Shown here piece after piece: positions 29,663 through 39,605 of a stretch of 64,000 nucleotides of DNA (position 1 is the first letter of the stretch; each line of letters opens with the position of its first letter). This DNA is from a virus: the IMG/VR virus record IMGVR_UViG_3300035698_024280. One strand, given 5' to 3'. The notes below the pieces were generated by a model that was given only the letters and a program-made list of their open reading frames with translations, was not told the DNA's origin and searched no databases. The translations under genes were made by a program, and so were the position numbers.

Positions 29663-30475
29663 ATGCTAGATTTTAGCCGTATATCTTTTATTTGTCATGT
29701 TAGAGTTGATACATATCTACGTGAAAAAAATATTAGAACAATATACGACTATTATAATAAACATACAAATGGTGAGTGTGAGTTTATATTTGTAGAAGAC
29801 GATAAATCTCCTTTGCTATCTAAAATATTACCCCCTCCTTCAAATAATATTACGATCGATTTTATTAAGAACGATTGTGAGGTACATAAATCATTTTGCT
29901 ATAATAGGGGAGCTAAGTTAGCAACGAGGGAAATTTTTGTATTTTTAGATGTAGATGTAATATTAGACACTCGCTTATTATTTGAAACTATAAGCGAAGC
30001 TATAGAGAGAGGCAGCTTAGAATGCTTGATAGGGTATAACGGTATAGCTATATACTGCAATACTTCTGCTGAACAGGAATTCTTAAAATCTCTAGACATA
30101 GAGGATTTATACTCTAAAATAAATGACTTGCCATTAAAGACGATGGCTCAAAATCAATTTGCAACAGTAGGTAATACTCAAGCGGTTGGAGGTTGTTTAT
30201 GTATGACCAGAGAATCATTTAAAAAAATAAATGGATTTAATCCTTTATTTAAAGGTTGGGGGTATGAGGATAATGAAATTATATCTAGAGCAAATAAGTT
30301 AGGTCTGCAGGTTTGTAAAAGCTCTATAGCGAATAATTACCTATTCCATCTCCAACATGAGACTGTGTCTATAGATAAGAGTAAACACAAATTCTATAAA
30401 AATAACGGCGACATTGTAAATAATGTAGAGTGTATGTCTCGAGAGGAATTAGAACAATATATTAAGAAATGGTAA
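29663..30475 (+). CDS. Glycosyltransferase, GT2/GT7C (galactosyltransferase-like)
   Basis: FLDVD (DxD), GGCL, INGFNPLFKGWGYEDNE. Confidence 0.85.
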   Translation: MLDFSRISFICHVRVDTYLREKNIRTIYDYYNKHTNGECEFIFVEDDKSPLLSKILPPPSNNITIDFIKNDCEVHKSFCYNRGAKLATREIFVFLDVDVILDTRLLFETISEAIERGSLECLIGYNGIAIYCNTSAEQEFLKSLDIEDLYSKINDLPLKTMAQNQFATVGNTQAVGGCLCMTRESFKKINGFNPLFKGWGYEDNEIISRANKLGLQVCKSSIANNYLFHLQHETVSIDKSKHKFYKNNGDIVNNVECMSREELEQYIKKW

Positions 30476-31311
30476 CTATAAATATTAGAGACAAAAACTT
30501 CGGAGGTGAGGAATCCTCATGTCATAAAGCTACGAATGATTATGTTAAGTGGGATTTCGGAAATAAAGCAATTTCTAATTCCTGCTTTATTACAGATATG
30601 TGCTTAGATGATGTACATAAGGCCTCAGGGGTAAAGCGAAAGATTGCTTGGATCTTAGAGCCACGAGCTATACACCCGCATATATATGATTGGATAGAGA
30701 AAAATAATAGACTTTTTGATTACGTATTAACATATGATACTTATTTAATTAATAAGGGAGAAAATTATATATATTACCCACATGGTCGATGTTGGATTAC
30801 TAGGAAAAAATCTGAAAATGAATATTTTAAGATAGCAAACGGAAAAACAAAGATGTGTTCTATAATTGCCTCAGGTAAGAATGACACAGTCGGTCATAAG
30901 TTGCGGCATGAAGTTATTTTTAATAATTATTCAAATATAGATGTATTCGGTCATGGTTATAAAAGTGTAGAATTTAAAGAAGAAGCATTAGAGGATTATA
31001 GATTTTCAGTAACTATAGAGAATTCTAAACAGCCAGGGTACTGGACTGAAAAAATTGTAGATTGCTTTGCAACTCAAACTATTCCTATTTTTTGGGGTGA
31101 TGAATCTGTATTTGATCACTTTGACTCATCTGGTATAATTACATTTAATACCATATATGGGCTAGAAGAAATATTAGACAATATAAATGAGAACGGGGAA
31201 GAGATATATCGCTCTATGCAGCCAGCGATCGCTCATAATTTAAAATGTGTAGAGCAATATAGAATACCAGAAGATTGGATTTATAAAAATTACAATTTTT
31301 TAATGAATTAA
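30469..31311 (+). CDS. GT10 fucosyltransferase-like glycosyltransferase
   Basis: YRFSVTIENS..PGYWTEKIVDCF...IPIFWG alpha-1,3-FucT motif. Confidence 0.85.
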   Translation: MVTINIRDKNFGGEESSCHKATNDYVKWDFGNKAISNSCFITDMCLDDVHKASGVKRKIAWILEPRAIHPHIYDWIEKNNRLFDYVLTYDTYLINKGENYIYYPHGRCWITRKKSENEYFKIANGKTKMCSIIASGKNDTVGHKLRHEVIFNNYSNIDVFGHGYKSVEFKEEALEDYRFSVTIENSKQPGYWTEKIVDCFATQTIPIFWGDESVFDHFDSSGIITFNTIYGLEEILDNINENGEEIYRSMQPAIAHNLKCVEQYRIPEDWIYKNYNFLMN

Positions 31312-31316
31312 AATTT

Positions 31317-32111
31317 ATGAATATTGGTATAATTGGTTTAGGGGCTGTAGGTACTGCAAATTCGAATGGATTTAAGCAGGTTGGTAATACAGTAAAAGAG
31401 CATGATATCAAGATGGGGACATCTATTACTGATATTATAAATACAGAACTAGTATTTATATGTGTGCCAACTCCCGCAGCAGAAGACGGCTCATGCGACG
31501 TTAGTATAGTGCATACAATTATTAATGATCTTAATGATCTTAAATATCAAGGCGTCATTGCAATTCGTAGTACATGTTATCCGGGATTTACACAATCAAT
31601 TATAGATAAATATAAAGATCTCCATATTGCATTTGCTCCAGAATTTTTACGAGAGCGATTTGCCGATGAGGACTTCTTACACAATCATAATTTATTAGCG
31701 GTCGGTACTGAAGATGAAGAGATTTTTAATTTAATTACTCACGCACATTCATTTTTACCAAAAAATACTGTAAGGCTCACACCTACAGAAGCTGAATTAT
31801 TAAAGTATTATAATAATGTATACGCCGCATCACGAGTTGTATTTGCAAATATAATGTATGAGCTTTGCTCCAAATTAAATTGTAATTATACGGAAATTAA
31901 AAATGCATATATAAAGACTGGTAAAGCAACCGATCTATATCTTGATGTAAATGATAATATGAGAGGGTATGGTGGAATGTGTTTACCTAAGGATACTAAA
32001 GCTATAGCTGATCTTTTATCGAAGCATAATTTAGACTTCGATTTAATTAAAGCGATCGATAGTGACAATTCGAAGCTCAAGACTACAGTATTCCCCGGGA
32101 TGCGTTCATGA
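31317..32111 (+). CDS. Short UDP-glucose/GDP-mannose 6-dehydrogenase family protein
   Basis: GLGAVG, ICVPTP, RST..PG, PEFLRE, AELLKY..N, GYGGMCLPKD; the usual C-terminal domain is absent. Confidence 0.9.
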   Translation: MNIGIIGLGAVGTANSNGFKQVGNTVKEHDIKMGTSITDIINTELVFICVPTPAAEDGSCDVSIVHTIINDLNDLKYQGVIAIRSTCYPGFTQSIIDKYKDLHIAFAPEFLRERFADEDFLHNHNLLAVGTEDEEIFNLITHAHSFLPKNTVRLTPTEAELLKYYNNVYAASRVVFANIMYELCSKLNCNYTEIKNAYIKTGKATDLYLDVNDNMRGYGGMCLPKDTKAIADLLSKHNLDFDLIKAIDSDNSKLKTTVFPGMRS

Positions 32112-33058
32112 AAAATATACTTGTAACAGGTGCGGCTGGTTTTATGGGCAGCCATTTATGCGATCGCCTCCTTGCTGATGGTCATAATGTAATTGGTGTA
32201 GATAATTTATTCAGGGGTAGTATAAATAACTTACAGATGGGAAATCCTGCATTCGAATTAGATCAATGCGATTTATCATACGATAGTAGCAGATTGCATC
32301 TCCGACAGATTATCCAATCAGAAAAAATTGATACAGTATTTCATTATGCTGCAATCAATGGAACGGAATATTTTTATGATATACCGTATGAGGTTTTTAG
32401 GGATAATAATCAGATAACAAGAAATGTTCTAGGTGCATTAGCTGGTACGACTGTTAAAAAGTTTGTATATACATCCTCTTCTGAAGTTTATGGTGATGAG
32501 CCAATTATACCAACTCCAGAAACTAGTCCAATACTGCTTAATATATTTTCAGATAGAGACAGTTATGCTAGCTCGAAAGCTATGGGGGAATTTGATGTAA
32601 AATTTTCTTGTGAGAGGTCTAATATATCCTATGTTATTCTGAGACCATTTAATACATACGGGTCGAGAATGGTAGATACTAAATATGGTCAAGTTATTCC
32701 TGAATTTATTAAAAGAGTATCTGATGATGCGAAATTTACTATTATAGGGGACGGGACTCAGCAGAGAAGTTTCTGCCATATTAGTGATCATGTACGATTG
32801 GTAGTATCAGGTATTAATAAAATGCATAACGAGATTATAAATATTGGCAATCAAGAAATGATTACAATTAATAACTTAGCTGAGCGGATACATAAAATAG
32901 CCAATAGAGAATTTAAGCCGAAATATTTAACAGGGCGAGAATACGATACTCAACATAGACAGCCATGTATATCTAAAATAAATAAATTATATCCAGAGTA
33001 TAAATTTGCCAATTTAGATAAAGAGCTTAATATATTATATAATGAACCTACTTATTAG
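32108..33058 (+). CDS. Extended SDR nucleotide-sugar enzyme, UDP-glucuronate decarboxylase-like
   Basis: TGAAGFMG, TSSSEVYG, YASSK, RPFNTYG, GDGTQQRSF. Confidence 0.8.
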   Translation: MKNILVTGAAGFMGSHLCDRLLADGHNVIGVDNLFRGSINNLQMGNPAFELDQCDLSYDSSRLHLRQIIQSEKIDTVFHYAAINGTEYFYDIPYEVFRDNNQITRNVLGALAGTTVKKFVYTSSSEVYGDEPIIPTPETSPILLNIFSDRDSYASSKAMGEFDVKFSCERSNISYVILRPFNTYGSRMVDTKYGQVIPEFIKRVSDDAKFTIIGDGTQQRSFCHISDHVRLVVSGINKMHNEIINIGNQEMITINNLAERIHKIANREFKPKYLTGREYDTQHRQPCISKINKLYPEYKFANLDKELNILYNEPTY

Positions 33059-33437
33059 TATACCAGTTGGAGACGCCTTTGATAAATTGTCTATATTAGA
33101 AATTAAAAGAGATCATGCAGATAATAATACTCCACAAAAAACGAATATAGAGAATGAGATTAATTCTCTCAGCGGTGATTTAAATCATTTATGGGAAGGT
33201 GGAGGTGATAGACTTCTCAATCTGTATGATGAGTTGAAATCGACTAATTTAGAGATGTGGGTCATTGAAGATTCTATTAGACTAAAGGAGAAAGCTAAAC
33301 AATTTGATTCAGAGTTCATTCAGCTAGCTAGAGATGTATATTACACTAACGATAGACGGTGTAGAGAAAAAAATAAGATAAGTAAGTTAATGGGGAGCAA
33401 TTTAGTTGAAGAGAAAATTTACGAAAGTTATGAGTAA
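33042..33437 (+). CDS. DUF6165-like protein
   Basis: GDAFDKLSILEIK, LKSTNLEMWVIEDSIR, FIQLARDVYYTNDRR...VEEK. Confidence 0.75.
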   Translation: MNLLISIPVGDAFDKLSILEIKRDHADNNTPQKTNIENEINSLSGDLNHLWEGGGDRLLNLYDELKSTNLEMWVIEDSIRLKEKAKQFDSEFIQLARDVYYTNDRRCREKNKISKLMGSNLVEEKIYESYE

Positions 33438-34164
33438 AGTTTGTTTAATATATCAGCCAGCAGGTATAGGTGATATATTATTTTGCCAGGGAATTGCGAA
33501 GAATTTTGTAGATCGTGGATATAGAGTTATATTTCCAATTTTAAATCGGTTGATGTTTTTACAGGATTATATTAATAACCCCGGTGTAGAGTTTGTAGAC
33601 GAAGCCTTAGAGTTTGAATATAAAGATAAGTATAATCAATCTATAGGGTCCTATAATGAAGATAATTTTTCATTTGTAAATACAGATACATCAACTAGCC
33701 AGATACCCTCAAATAGCCCTAATGGTATATATATAATGCCATCAAAATATGAACATATAGGTCTAAATTTTAGAGAGTGGTCATCGGGATTCAATCTAAT
33801 ACGAAATAAGGCTAGGGAGGATAAACTTTTCTATGACATTTTAAAGCTAACCGATAAAGATGAGTATGCAGTATGTAATAACAAGTACGGTACGCCACCA
33901 AACACTATTGAATACCCAATCCCAGAAATTGAATCTAAACGAAGAATAGTACATATGGAATTTATAGATGGTACTAATATTATGGACTGGTGTAAGGTGC
34001 TTGAACGGGCAAATGGTATAGTAACTGTGGATACCTGTATATTATATATTATGACGATGCTGAAAATAACACATTATGATATGTACTACTGCTATCTGCG
34101 ACCTGGTTGGACTAAAGAGCAATATAATGAAATTACACCCTTTGCTTGGAAATATTTAAACTAA
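33430..34164 (+). CDS. Putative glycosyltransferase (GT9/GT11-like GT-B)
   Basis: QPAGIGDIL at N-terminus, TVDT near C-terminus; start set at MSKV. Confidence 0.55.
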   Translation: MSKVCLIYQPAGIGDILFCQGIAKNFVDRGYRVIFPILNRLMFLQDYINNPGVEFVDEALEFEYKDKYNQSIGSYNEDNFSFVNTDTSTSQIPSNSPNGIYIMPSKYEHIGLNFREWSSGFNLIRNKAREDKLFYDILKLTDKDEYAVCNNKYGTPPNTIEYPIPEIESKRRIVHMEFIDGTNIMDWCKVLERANGIVTVDTCILYIMTMLKITHYDMYYCYLRPGWTKEQYNEITPFAWKYLN

Positions 34165-34171
34165 TAAAGTT

Positions 34172-34783
34172 ATGGGAGATTTAAGTATATTTGACTTATC
34201 ACATATTAAGAATACTAATAATATAAATGTATTAGTAGAAACAGGCACATTTAAAGGTGACGGTACCTTGTTTGCAAAGTCTGTTTTTGATACAGTACAC
34301 TCTATAGAGATAGATGAAGAGCTTTATAATGACGCTACCGAAAGATTTAAAGATGAGCCAAATATTAATATATATTTAGGAAATTCAGTAGACATATTAC
34401 CTAGAGTATTACCCGCTATTACTGAAAATGTATTATTTTGGCTGGATGCTCACTTCCCAGGTGCAGATTGTCATAAAAAAGCATATGATAGTGAGTCGGA
34501 TAAAGTAAAAAGAATTCCACTCACTGAAGAGTTAAAGCTAATCTGCTCCTTAAGATCTGGTAACGATGTAATTATTATAGATGATTTATGGTTATATGAG
34601 GATGGTCCGTTCGCATGGGGATCGTGGGATGATCACTCCGCAACGTGTGGGTTTAATGTTACTAGAGAAGACCTAATGAAGGGAGAGACTCTTGATGAGA
34701 GTATAGAATTGCTCTCCAATACGCATAATATCCGACGGCAGTACGACCATCAGGGATATCTCATCTGCACACCTATTATTTAA
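34172..34783 (+). CDS. Class I SAM-dependent methyltransferase
   Basis: VETGTFKGDG, HSIEID, GNS, FWLDAH, IIDD. Confidence 0.8.
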   Translation: MGDLSIFDLSHIKNTNNINVLVETGTFKGDGTLFAKSVFDTVHSIEIDEELYNDATERFKDEPNINIYLGNSVDILPRVLPAITENVLFWLDAHFPGADCHKKAYDSESDKVKRIPLTEELKLICSLRSGNDVIIIDDLWLYEDGPFAWGSWDDHSATCGFNVTREDLMKGETLDESIELLSNTHNIRRQYDHQGYLICTPII

Positions 34784-34784
34784 T

Positions 34785-35780
34785 ATGAAAGACAATCAAA
34801 CAAAAACAGCTCTGGTATTAGGGGCAGGTGGATTCATCGGGAATCACCTTGTTAATAGATTAAAGGATGAAGGTTATTGGGTTCGGGGGGTAGATTTAGT
34901 ACCACCAGAATATGAAAAAATATCCTCCGCAGATGAATTTATTATAGGTGATTTAAGAGATACCGGATTTACATCTGTATGTATGACCTCCCCAAATCAA
35001 ATATCCAAGACTGCAGGAGGCTTTGATGAAGTATACCAATTAGCGGCTGATATGGGTGGCGCTGGGTATATATTTACTGGAGATCATGACGCAAATGTGA
35101 TGCATAATTCTGCTACAGTTAATCTTAATGTAGCTCACCACTCAAATCTGCTGGGGGTAAAGAAATTATTTTACAGTAGCTCTGCATGTATGTATCCTGA
35201 GTATAATCAACTTGATCCTAATAACCCTAATTGCTCAGAAGATTCTGCATATCCAGCCGCTCCAGATTCAGAGTATGGATGGGAAAAACTGTTTAGTGAG
35301 CGACTGTATTTAGCTTATGCTAAAAACTATAAATTGAATGTAAGAATCGCGAGATTTCATAACATATACGGCCCTAAGGGTACATATAAGGGAGGGAGAG
35401 AAAAGGCTCCGGCTGCAATATGCAGAAAGGTAATTACTGCTACAGATACTATCGAGATTTGGGGTGACGGGAAACAAACTAGATCATTTTTATATATAGA
35501 CGAATGTATTGAAGCTATTCGAAGAATTATGGAGAGTGAGGTAACGGAACCACTCAATGTTGGCTCGGATGAAATGGTAACAATAAATGAATTAGTAAAT
35601 ATAGCTGAGACCGTAGAAGGTAAACAGTTACGTAGAGAATATAAACTAGACGCACCACGGGGAGTAGCTGGTAGAAATTCCTGCAATAAACTAATTATGG
35701 AAAAACTTGGTTGGGCCCCAAACTTTTCGCTTGAAAAAGGTATAGGTATAACCTATAATTGGATAAAGAACCAATTATGA
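34785..35780 (+). CDS. GDP-mannose 3',5'-epimerase-like SDR
   Basis: GAGGFIG, YQLAADMGGAGYI, YSSSACMYPE, PDSEYGWEK, RFHNIYGP, REKAPAAICRK. Confidence 0.9.
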   Translation: MKDNQTKTALVLGAGGFIGNHLVNRLKDEGYWVRGVDLVPPEYEKISSADEFIIGDLRDTGFTSVCMTSPNQISKTAGGFDEVYQLAADMGGAGYIFTGDHDANVMHNSATVNLNVAHHSNLLGVKKLFYSSSACMYPEYNQLDPNNPNCSEDSAYPAAPDSEYGWEKLFSERLYLAYAKNYKLNVRIARFHNIYGPKGTYKGGREKAPAAICRKVITATDTIEIWGDGKQTRSFLYIDECIEAIRRIMESEVTEPLNVGSDEMVTINELVNIAETVEGKQLRREYKLDAPRGVAGRNSCNKLIMEKLGWAPNFSLEKGIGITYNWIKNQL

Positions 35781-36370
35781 AATTAACAAATATTCCAGTA
35801 TATGACGGAGAAATGATCCACGATCGCTTTGCGTATAAATACTTCCGAGAAAATACATCACCGTTAGGCAATATTGTAGCTTTTAGAGCTCCAATGGATG
35901 TACCCGTACATAATATGATTGATCTGGAGGATGTGCTTGAAGAGGATACTATTACTAGTAGAGATGCCATTAATTTTTGTTGGGAAATACCCAACCTTTG
36001 CGCACTCGGCGCTGTAGCATTTCAAAGATTATTTAATACTCATATAGCATCAATTTTATCTTCTAAAATAATAAATAAGCCTATTGCTGTAGATGGTGAT
36101 GACCTAATGGTTCCAGAAAAGTTTACAGGGCATGACGGCGTTCAATATGACGAAGGTAAGTGTAGTGTTTCTATTACATACTCAAAATACGACGTCGCAT
36201 TAGGACATACGGGTATTAATGTTGTTGCTGGTACAAAGGCACCAGGATTTGCATATTCTACTAATATGAATGATGAGCAATGTGAAGAATTTATGCGTCT
36301 ATGTATTGAGCAGTTTTACTTTATTTTAGGAGGCCTTTTTACTGCTACGACTAAAATTATAATAAAATGA
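35777..36370 (+). CDS. DUF366-like protein (lipoate/biotin ligase-like fold)
   Basis: YDG..IH..FAY, IVAFRAPMDV, EDV, DGDDL, GKCSVSI, GHTGINV; ATGA overlap with the upstream stop. Confidence 0.65.
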   Translation: MKLTNIPVYDGEMIHDRFAYKYFRENTSPLGNIVAFRAPMDVPVHNMIDLEDVLEEDTITSRDAINFCWEIPNLCALGAVAFQRLFNTHIASILSSKIINKPIAVDGDDLMVPEKFTGHDGVQYDEGKCSVSITYSKYDVALGHTGINVVAGTKAPGFAYSTNMNDEQCEEFMRLCIEQFYFILGGLFTATTKIIIK

Positions 36371-36744
36371 CCATATTTAATATTTTAAATTCTATATTAT
36401 TTTCTAAAAAATATATAGATTTAAATCAGGACGACGAATCGCAGTTTAATTGTTATATGGTTAATAGATGGATGTCTATGTACTCTATAGATATGGTATC
36501 TATTATTAATGATACATCAAATAGATATGGACATATAATAAAAACCAAAAGAGATCAATTCAATTGGCTCTATAATTTCTTCCCCCGCCTCCGTTTTAAG
36601 AGGATATCTTATATTAAAAAAGCAAAGGCAGCTGAAGATCAAGATAACTCTATCTCAAATGATGAGTTATTATTTCTTGCAAAAAATATGGAAATAAGTT
36701 CTAGAGAGTTGAGAGATTATAGATCCTTAGGGTTAATTAGTTGA
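36367..36744 (+). CDS. gp62: Clamp-loader small subunit gp62
   Basis: FNCYMVNRWMSM...QFNWL...KRISYIKK pattern of T4-like gp62. Confidence 0.75.
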   Translation: MTIFNILNSILFSKKYIDLNQDDESQFNCYMVNRWMSMYSIDMVSIINDTSNRYGHIIKTKRDQFNWLYNFFPRLRFKRISYIKKAKAAEDQDNSISNDELLFLAKNMEISSRELRDYRSLGLIS

Positions 36745-36774
36745 TATTTTTGAAAAAACCGATAATTATATTAT

Positions 36775-37200
36775 ATGAGAGAATCCATTGATAAATTAAT
36801 ACCAGAGAGAGGCTTAATCCAATTATCTGCCGAAACTTCGATCGATTTTAATATCGACGATTTTCAACTATCACGACTTAACGGTGATGTACTATTATGC
36901 GAGTATATAGATATTACAGAAGATGGTGATAGTATCTATAGAAACGGTCTACATGTACCAATTCATAGCCAGACAAAAGCCTGGAGGAAAGCGAGAGTTG
37001 TACTTACCGGTCAAGATACTCAATGGTCAAGTGTAGGGGATGTTGTTATATTCCCGAACAACTTTGGAGTGGAAGTACATAAAATGGACGTGAAGGGTCA
37101 CGGGTCGTTAAAGCATGGGGTATTTCTGAACGAGTCGCGTATATTTGGTGCATGCGAAGCAAAGGCATCATCTAAGGTGAAAAGTAAGGTTAAAGCTTAA
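36775..37200 (+). CDS. groES: GroES-like co-chaperonin
   Basis: GDVLLC, mobile loop with GLHVP, ARVVLTG, VGDVVIF, FLNESRIFG. Confidence 0.75.
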   Translation: MRESIDKLIPERGLIQLSAETSIDFNIDDFQLSRLNGDVLLCEYIDITEDGDSIYRNGLHVPIHSQTKAWRKARVVLTGQDTQWSSVGDVVIFPNNFGVEVHKMDVKGHGSLKHGVFLNESRIFGACEAKASSKVKSKVKA

Positions 37201-37211
37201 TATTATAATTA

Positions 37212-37589
37212 ATGAAAATAGCTAGGGCAAGTTTACAATCTCTACTACTACAAAATGTAGCAGAGATTAGATTTAGACGACGAACTATGGATTCCATTAG
37301 ATCACCATATAGAACTATGCTGTGTACTAACAGTAATGAGATTTTATATGGAGTAAATGGTAGAACAACTCTAAATTTTAAGCCACCGAAAAAAGCTATA
37401 AAATATATACCAGCTGCAAAAAATATAGTACTTACTTGGGACTTATTAATGCAAGAGTTTAGGGCAGTATCTATGGAGGATTGCGAGGTTATTAATAAAT
37501 ATCCAGCCACCGACGAATTTTGGAAGATGTTTAATGAGAAATTTTTTATAATGTCCCCTGAACAAAAACTTTTATATATGAACGCATGA
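37212..37589 (+). CDS. Conserved phage protein, WYL/SH3-like
   Basis: EIRFRRR...RTMLCTN...TWDL...FRAV pattern. Confidence 0.5.
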   Translation: MKIARASLQSLLLQNVAEIRFRRRTMDSIRSPYRTMLCTNSNEILYGVNGRTTLNFKPPKKAIKYIPAAKNIVLTWDLLMQEFRAVSMEDCEVINKYPATDEFWKMFNEKFFIMSPEQKLLYMNA

Positions 37590-37957
37590 TTAATTCTTTT
37601 TCTCTTAATGGAATGATTAACACCGAGAAGCTGGAAAAGAAGTTGGAGCACTTATTGCAGCGCGAAGTTAGATTTGAAGTAAACGGGAAGGTATTACGGC
37701 GAGGGAAGCTCCAGATATATCAGGTGAAAGATTTTTATATAAATTTTACAATTATTAATGATCGGGGCGATATTAAGAAATATGATGTACCGTATCCATT
37801 CGCAATAAATATAACCGAAGATAGCGCATTTTTAAGCTACACTTTAGAGCATTTAGCGTGCGGTAATAAAATGCTACATCATAGGCTTAAGTGTGTTAAT
37901 AAAATTAAGAAAAATAAATTATATAATAGTATTTTAAAAATTATACCTGATATTTAA
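37586..37957 (+). CDS. Hypothetical protein
   Basis: ORF with ATGA coupling to the upstream gene. Confidence 0.55.
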   Translation: MINSFSLNGMINTEKLEKKLEHLLQREVRFEVNGKVLRRGKLQIYQVKDFYINFTIINDRGDIKKYDVPYPFAINITEDSAFLSYTLEHLACGNKMLHHRLKCVNKIKKNKLYNSILKIIPDI

Positions 37958-37970
37958 AGTACTATTTAGA

Positions 37971-37998
37971 TTGACTTATCTATTTTATTTCCTATAAT
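37971..37998 (+). promoter_or_regulatory. Sigma70-type promoter for the DinG gene
   Basis: TTGACT-16-TATAAT-7-ATG. Confidence 0.75.
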
Positions 37999-38005
37999 AT
38001 AATAG

Positions 38006-39592
38006 ATGACAATCTTAAAGGACTTCCCTGATGGCTTTCAGCCACGACCTATTCAAATTAAGCTTTTAAATGATATTGAAAAAGCTTTTAAGGAGTATAA
38101 TATTGTTATTTGTTCTGCTCCTACTGGTACAGGTAAATCTTTCTTAGCGAAAACTCTGAGTAATTCAGGAGTTGAAGTAGATAATGATTTTGTAGATAGT
38201 GTAAACTCATACAGCGCGTATACCAATACCGGGACAAAATCACAATATCAAGGCACTGCCTGCTTAACTATAACAAAAGCCCTTCAGGAGCAATATAAAG
38301 AGCTATTTACTGACGGTGAATCGCTGAAGGGTAAAAGTAACTACCAATGCAAGGTAGATCCAAATGTAGATGTAGAGTTAGGGCCATGTGTATGTCTACC
38401 CAAGATAAAAAAAGATTGCTGGAGTAATGATATCTGCCCATATTTTTCTCAACGTAATAGATCCCTAACAAGTAAGTTTTCGATATATAATTACAATATG
38501 TTTATGGCATTGCCTGATCATCTTAAGAATCAGGAGTATATAATATGCGATGAAGCTAGTGAAATAGAGGATCAATTAGTACAACATTTTTCACTATCAT
38601 TAAATTCTAAGACTTTAAAATATCTTGAGATACCATCCCCAGAGCTCCCTAAGATCACAAACTATAAAAATTTCTACGATTGGCTAGTAACACTTGAAGC
38701 AGATATTGTAGATAGCTTAGATAAATACAAAGTTATAGTTCAATCAAATACAAAAACAGAATCAGCAGTTTCTAAATATAGAGCCTTGCTGAGGATGAGT
38801 GATAAGATAAATTTAATTATAAACTCCTGGAGCGAGTGTGAGTATGTGCTATCTATTACTGAGGGTAATCTTAATATTGTACCATTGTATGTATCAGCCT
38901 TAAGCTCTGAGATATTTAAATATGGTAAAAAAATATTATTAATGTCTGCTACTATTATTGACCCTCAACATTTTGCAAAGTCTCTAGGTATTGAACGATA
39001 TAAATTTGTTGAGGCTAAGTCTACTTTTCTTAGTGAGAAGTCCCCTATTCATATCTCTAATAAATTTAAATTAAATTATAAAAACCTCCAAGCTAATCTA
39101 CCGAAGGTAACAAAAGCAATCCAAGATATATGTGATTTTCATGGAGAAGAAAAAGGCGCTATTCATACTCACACTGGGAGAATTACAGACTATTTACGTG
39201 ATAATTTACTAGGTGATCGTTTTCTATTCAGATTTCAAGATAACAATAATGAAAAACTAATTTTATCTCATACATTATCAGAGCTACCAACTGTAGTTGT
39301 CAGCCCGTCGATTACACATGGTGTTGATTTTAAGGATGATTTAGCCAGATTTCAGATTATAGTAAAATTACCATATCTACCGCTTGGAGATGCACGTGTC
39401 AAAGCGTTGTTTGAGGTTGATAGTGATTGGTATACAAACAAGATGCTAAGTACGTTAGTACAGTCCTCTGGAAGAGGTAGTAGAAGTCAAGATGATTGGT
39501 GTACTACATATATATTAGATGGTACAGCCGCCGCCGTAATTAATAGATCGAAAAACAAAATCCCAGAATCATTCCTAGAACGGATTCATTAA
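38006..39592 (+). CDS. DinG/YoaA-like SF2 helicase with Fe-S cysteines
   Basis: SAPTGTGKS, GKSNYQC..C..C..CPY, DEA, MSAT, GVDF, QSSGRGSR. Confidence 0.9.
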   Translation: MTILKDFPDGFQPRPIQIKLLNDIEKAFKEYNIVICSAPTGTGKSFLAKTLSNSGVEVDNDFVDSVNSYSAYTNTGTKSQYQGTACLTITKALQEQYKELFTDGESLKGKSNYQCKVDPNVDVELGPCVCLPKIKKDCWSNDICPYFSQRNRSLTSKFSIYNYNMFMALPDHLKNQEYIICDEASEIEDQLVQHFSLSLNSKTLKYLEIPSPELPKITNYKNFYDWLVTLEADIVDSLDKYKVIVQSNTKTESAVSKYRALLRMSDKINLIINSWSECEYVLSITEGNLNIVPLYVSALSSEIFKYGKKILLMSATIIDPQHFAKSLGIERYKFVEAKSTFLSEKSPIHISNKFKLNYKNLQANLPKVTKAIQDICDFHGEEKGAIHTHTGRITDYLRDNLLGDRFLFRFQDNNNEKLILSHTLSELPTVVVSPSITHGVDFKDDLARFQIIVKLPYLPLGDARVKALFEVDSDWYTNKMLSTLVQSSGRGSRSQDDWCTTYILDGTAAAVINRSKNKIPESFLERIH

Positions 39593-39605
39593 CTAAATAT
39601 AAGTA

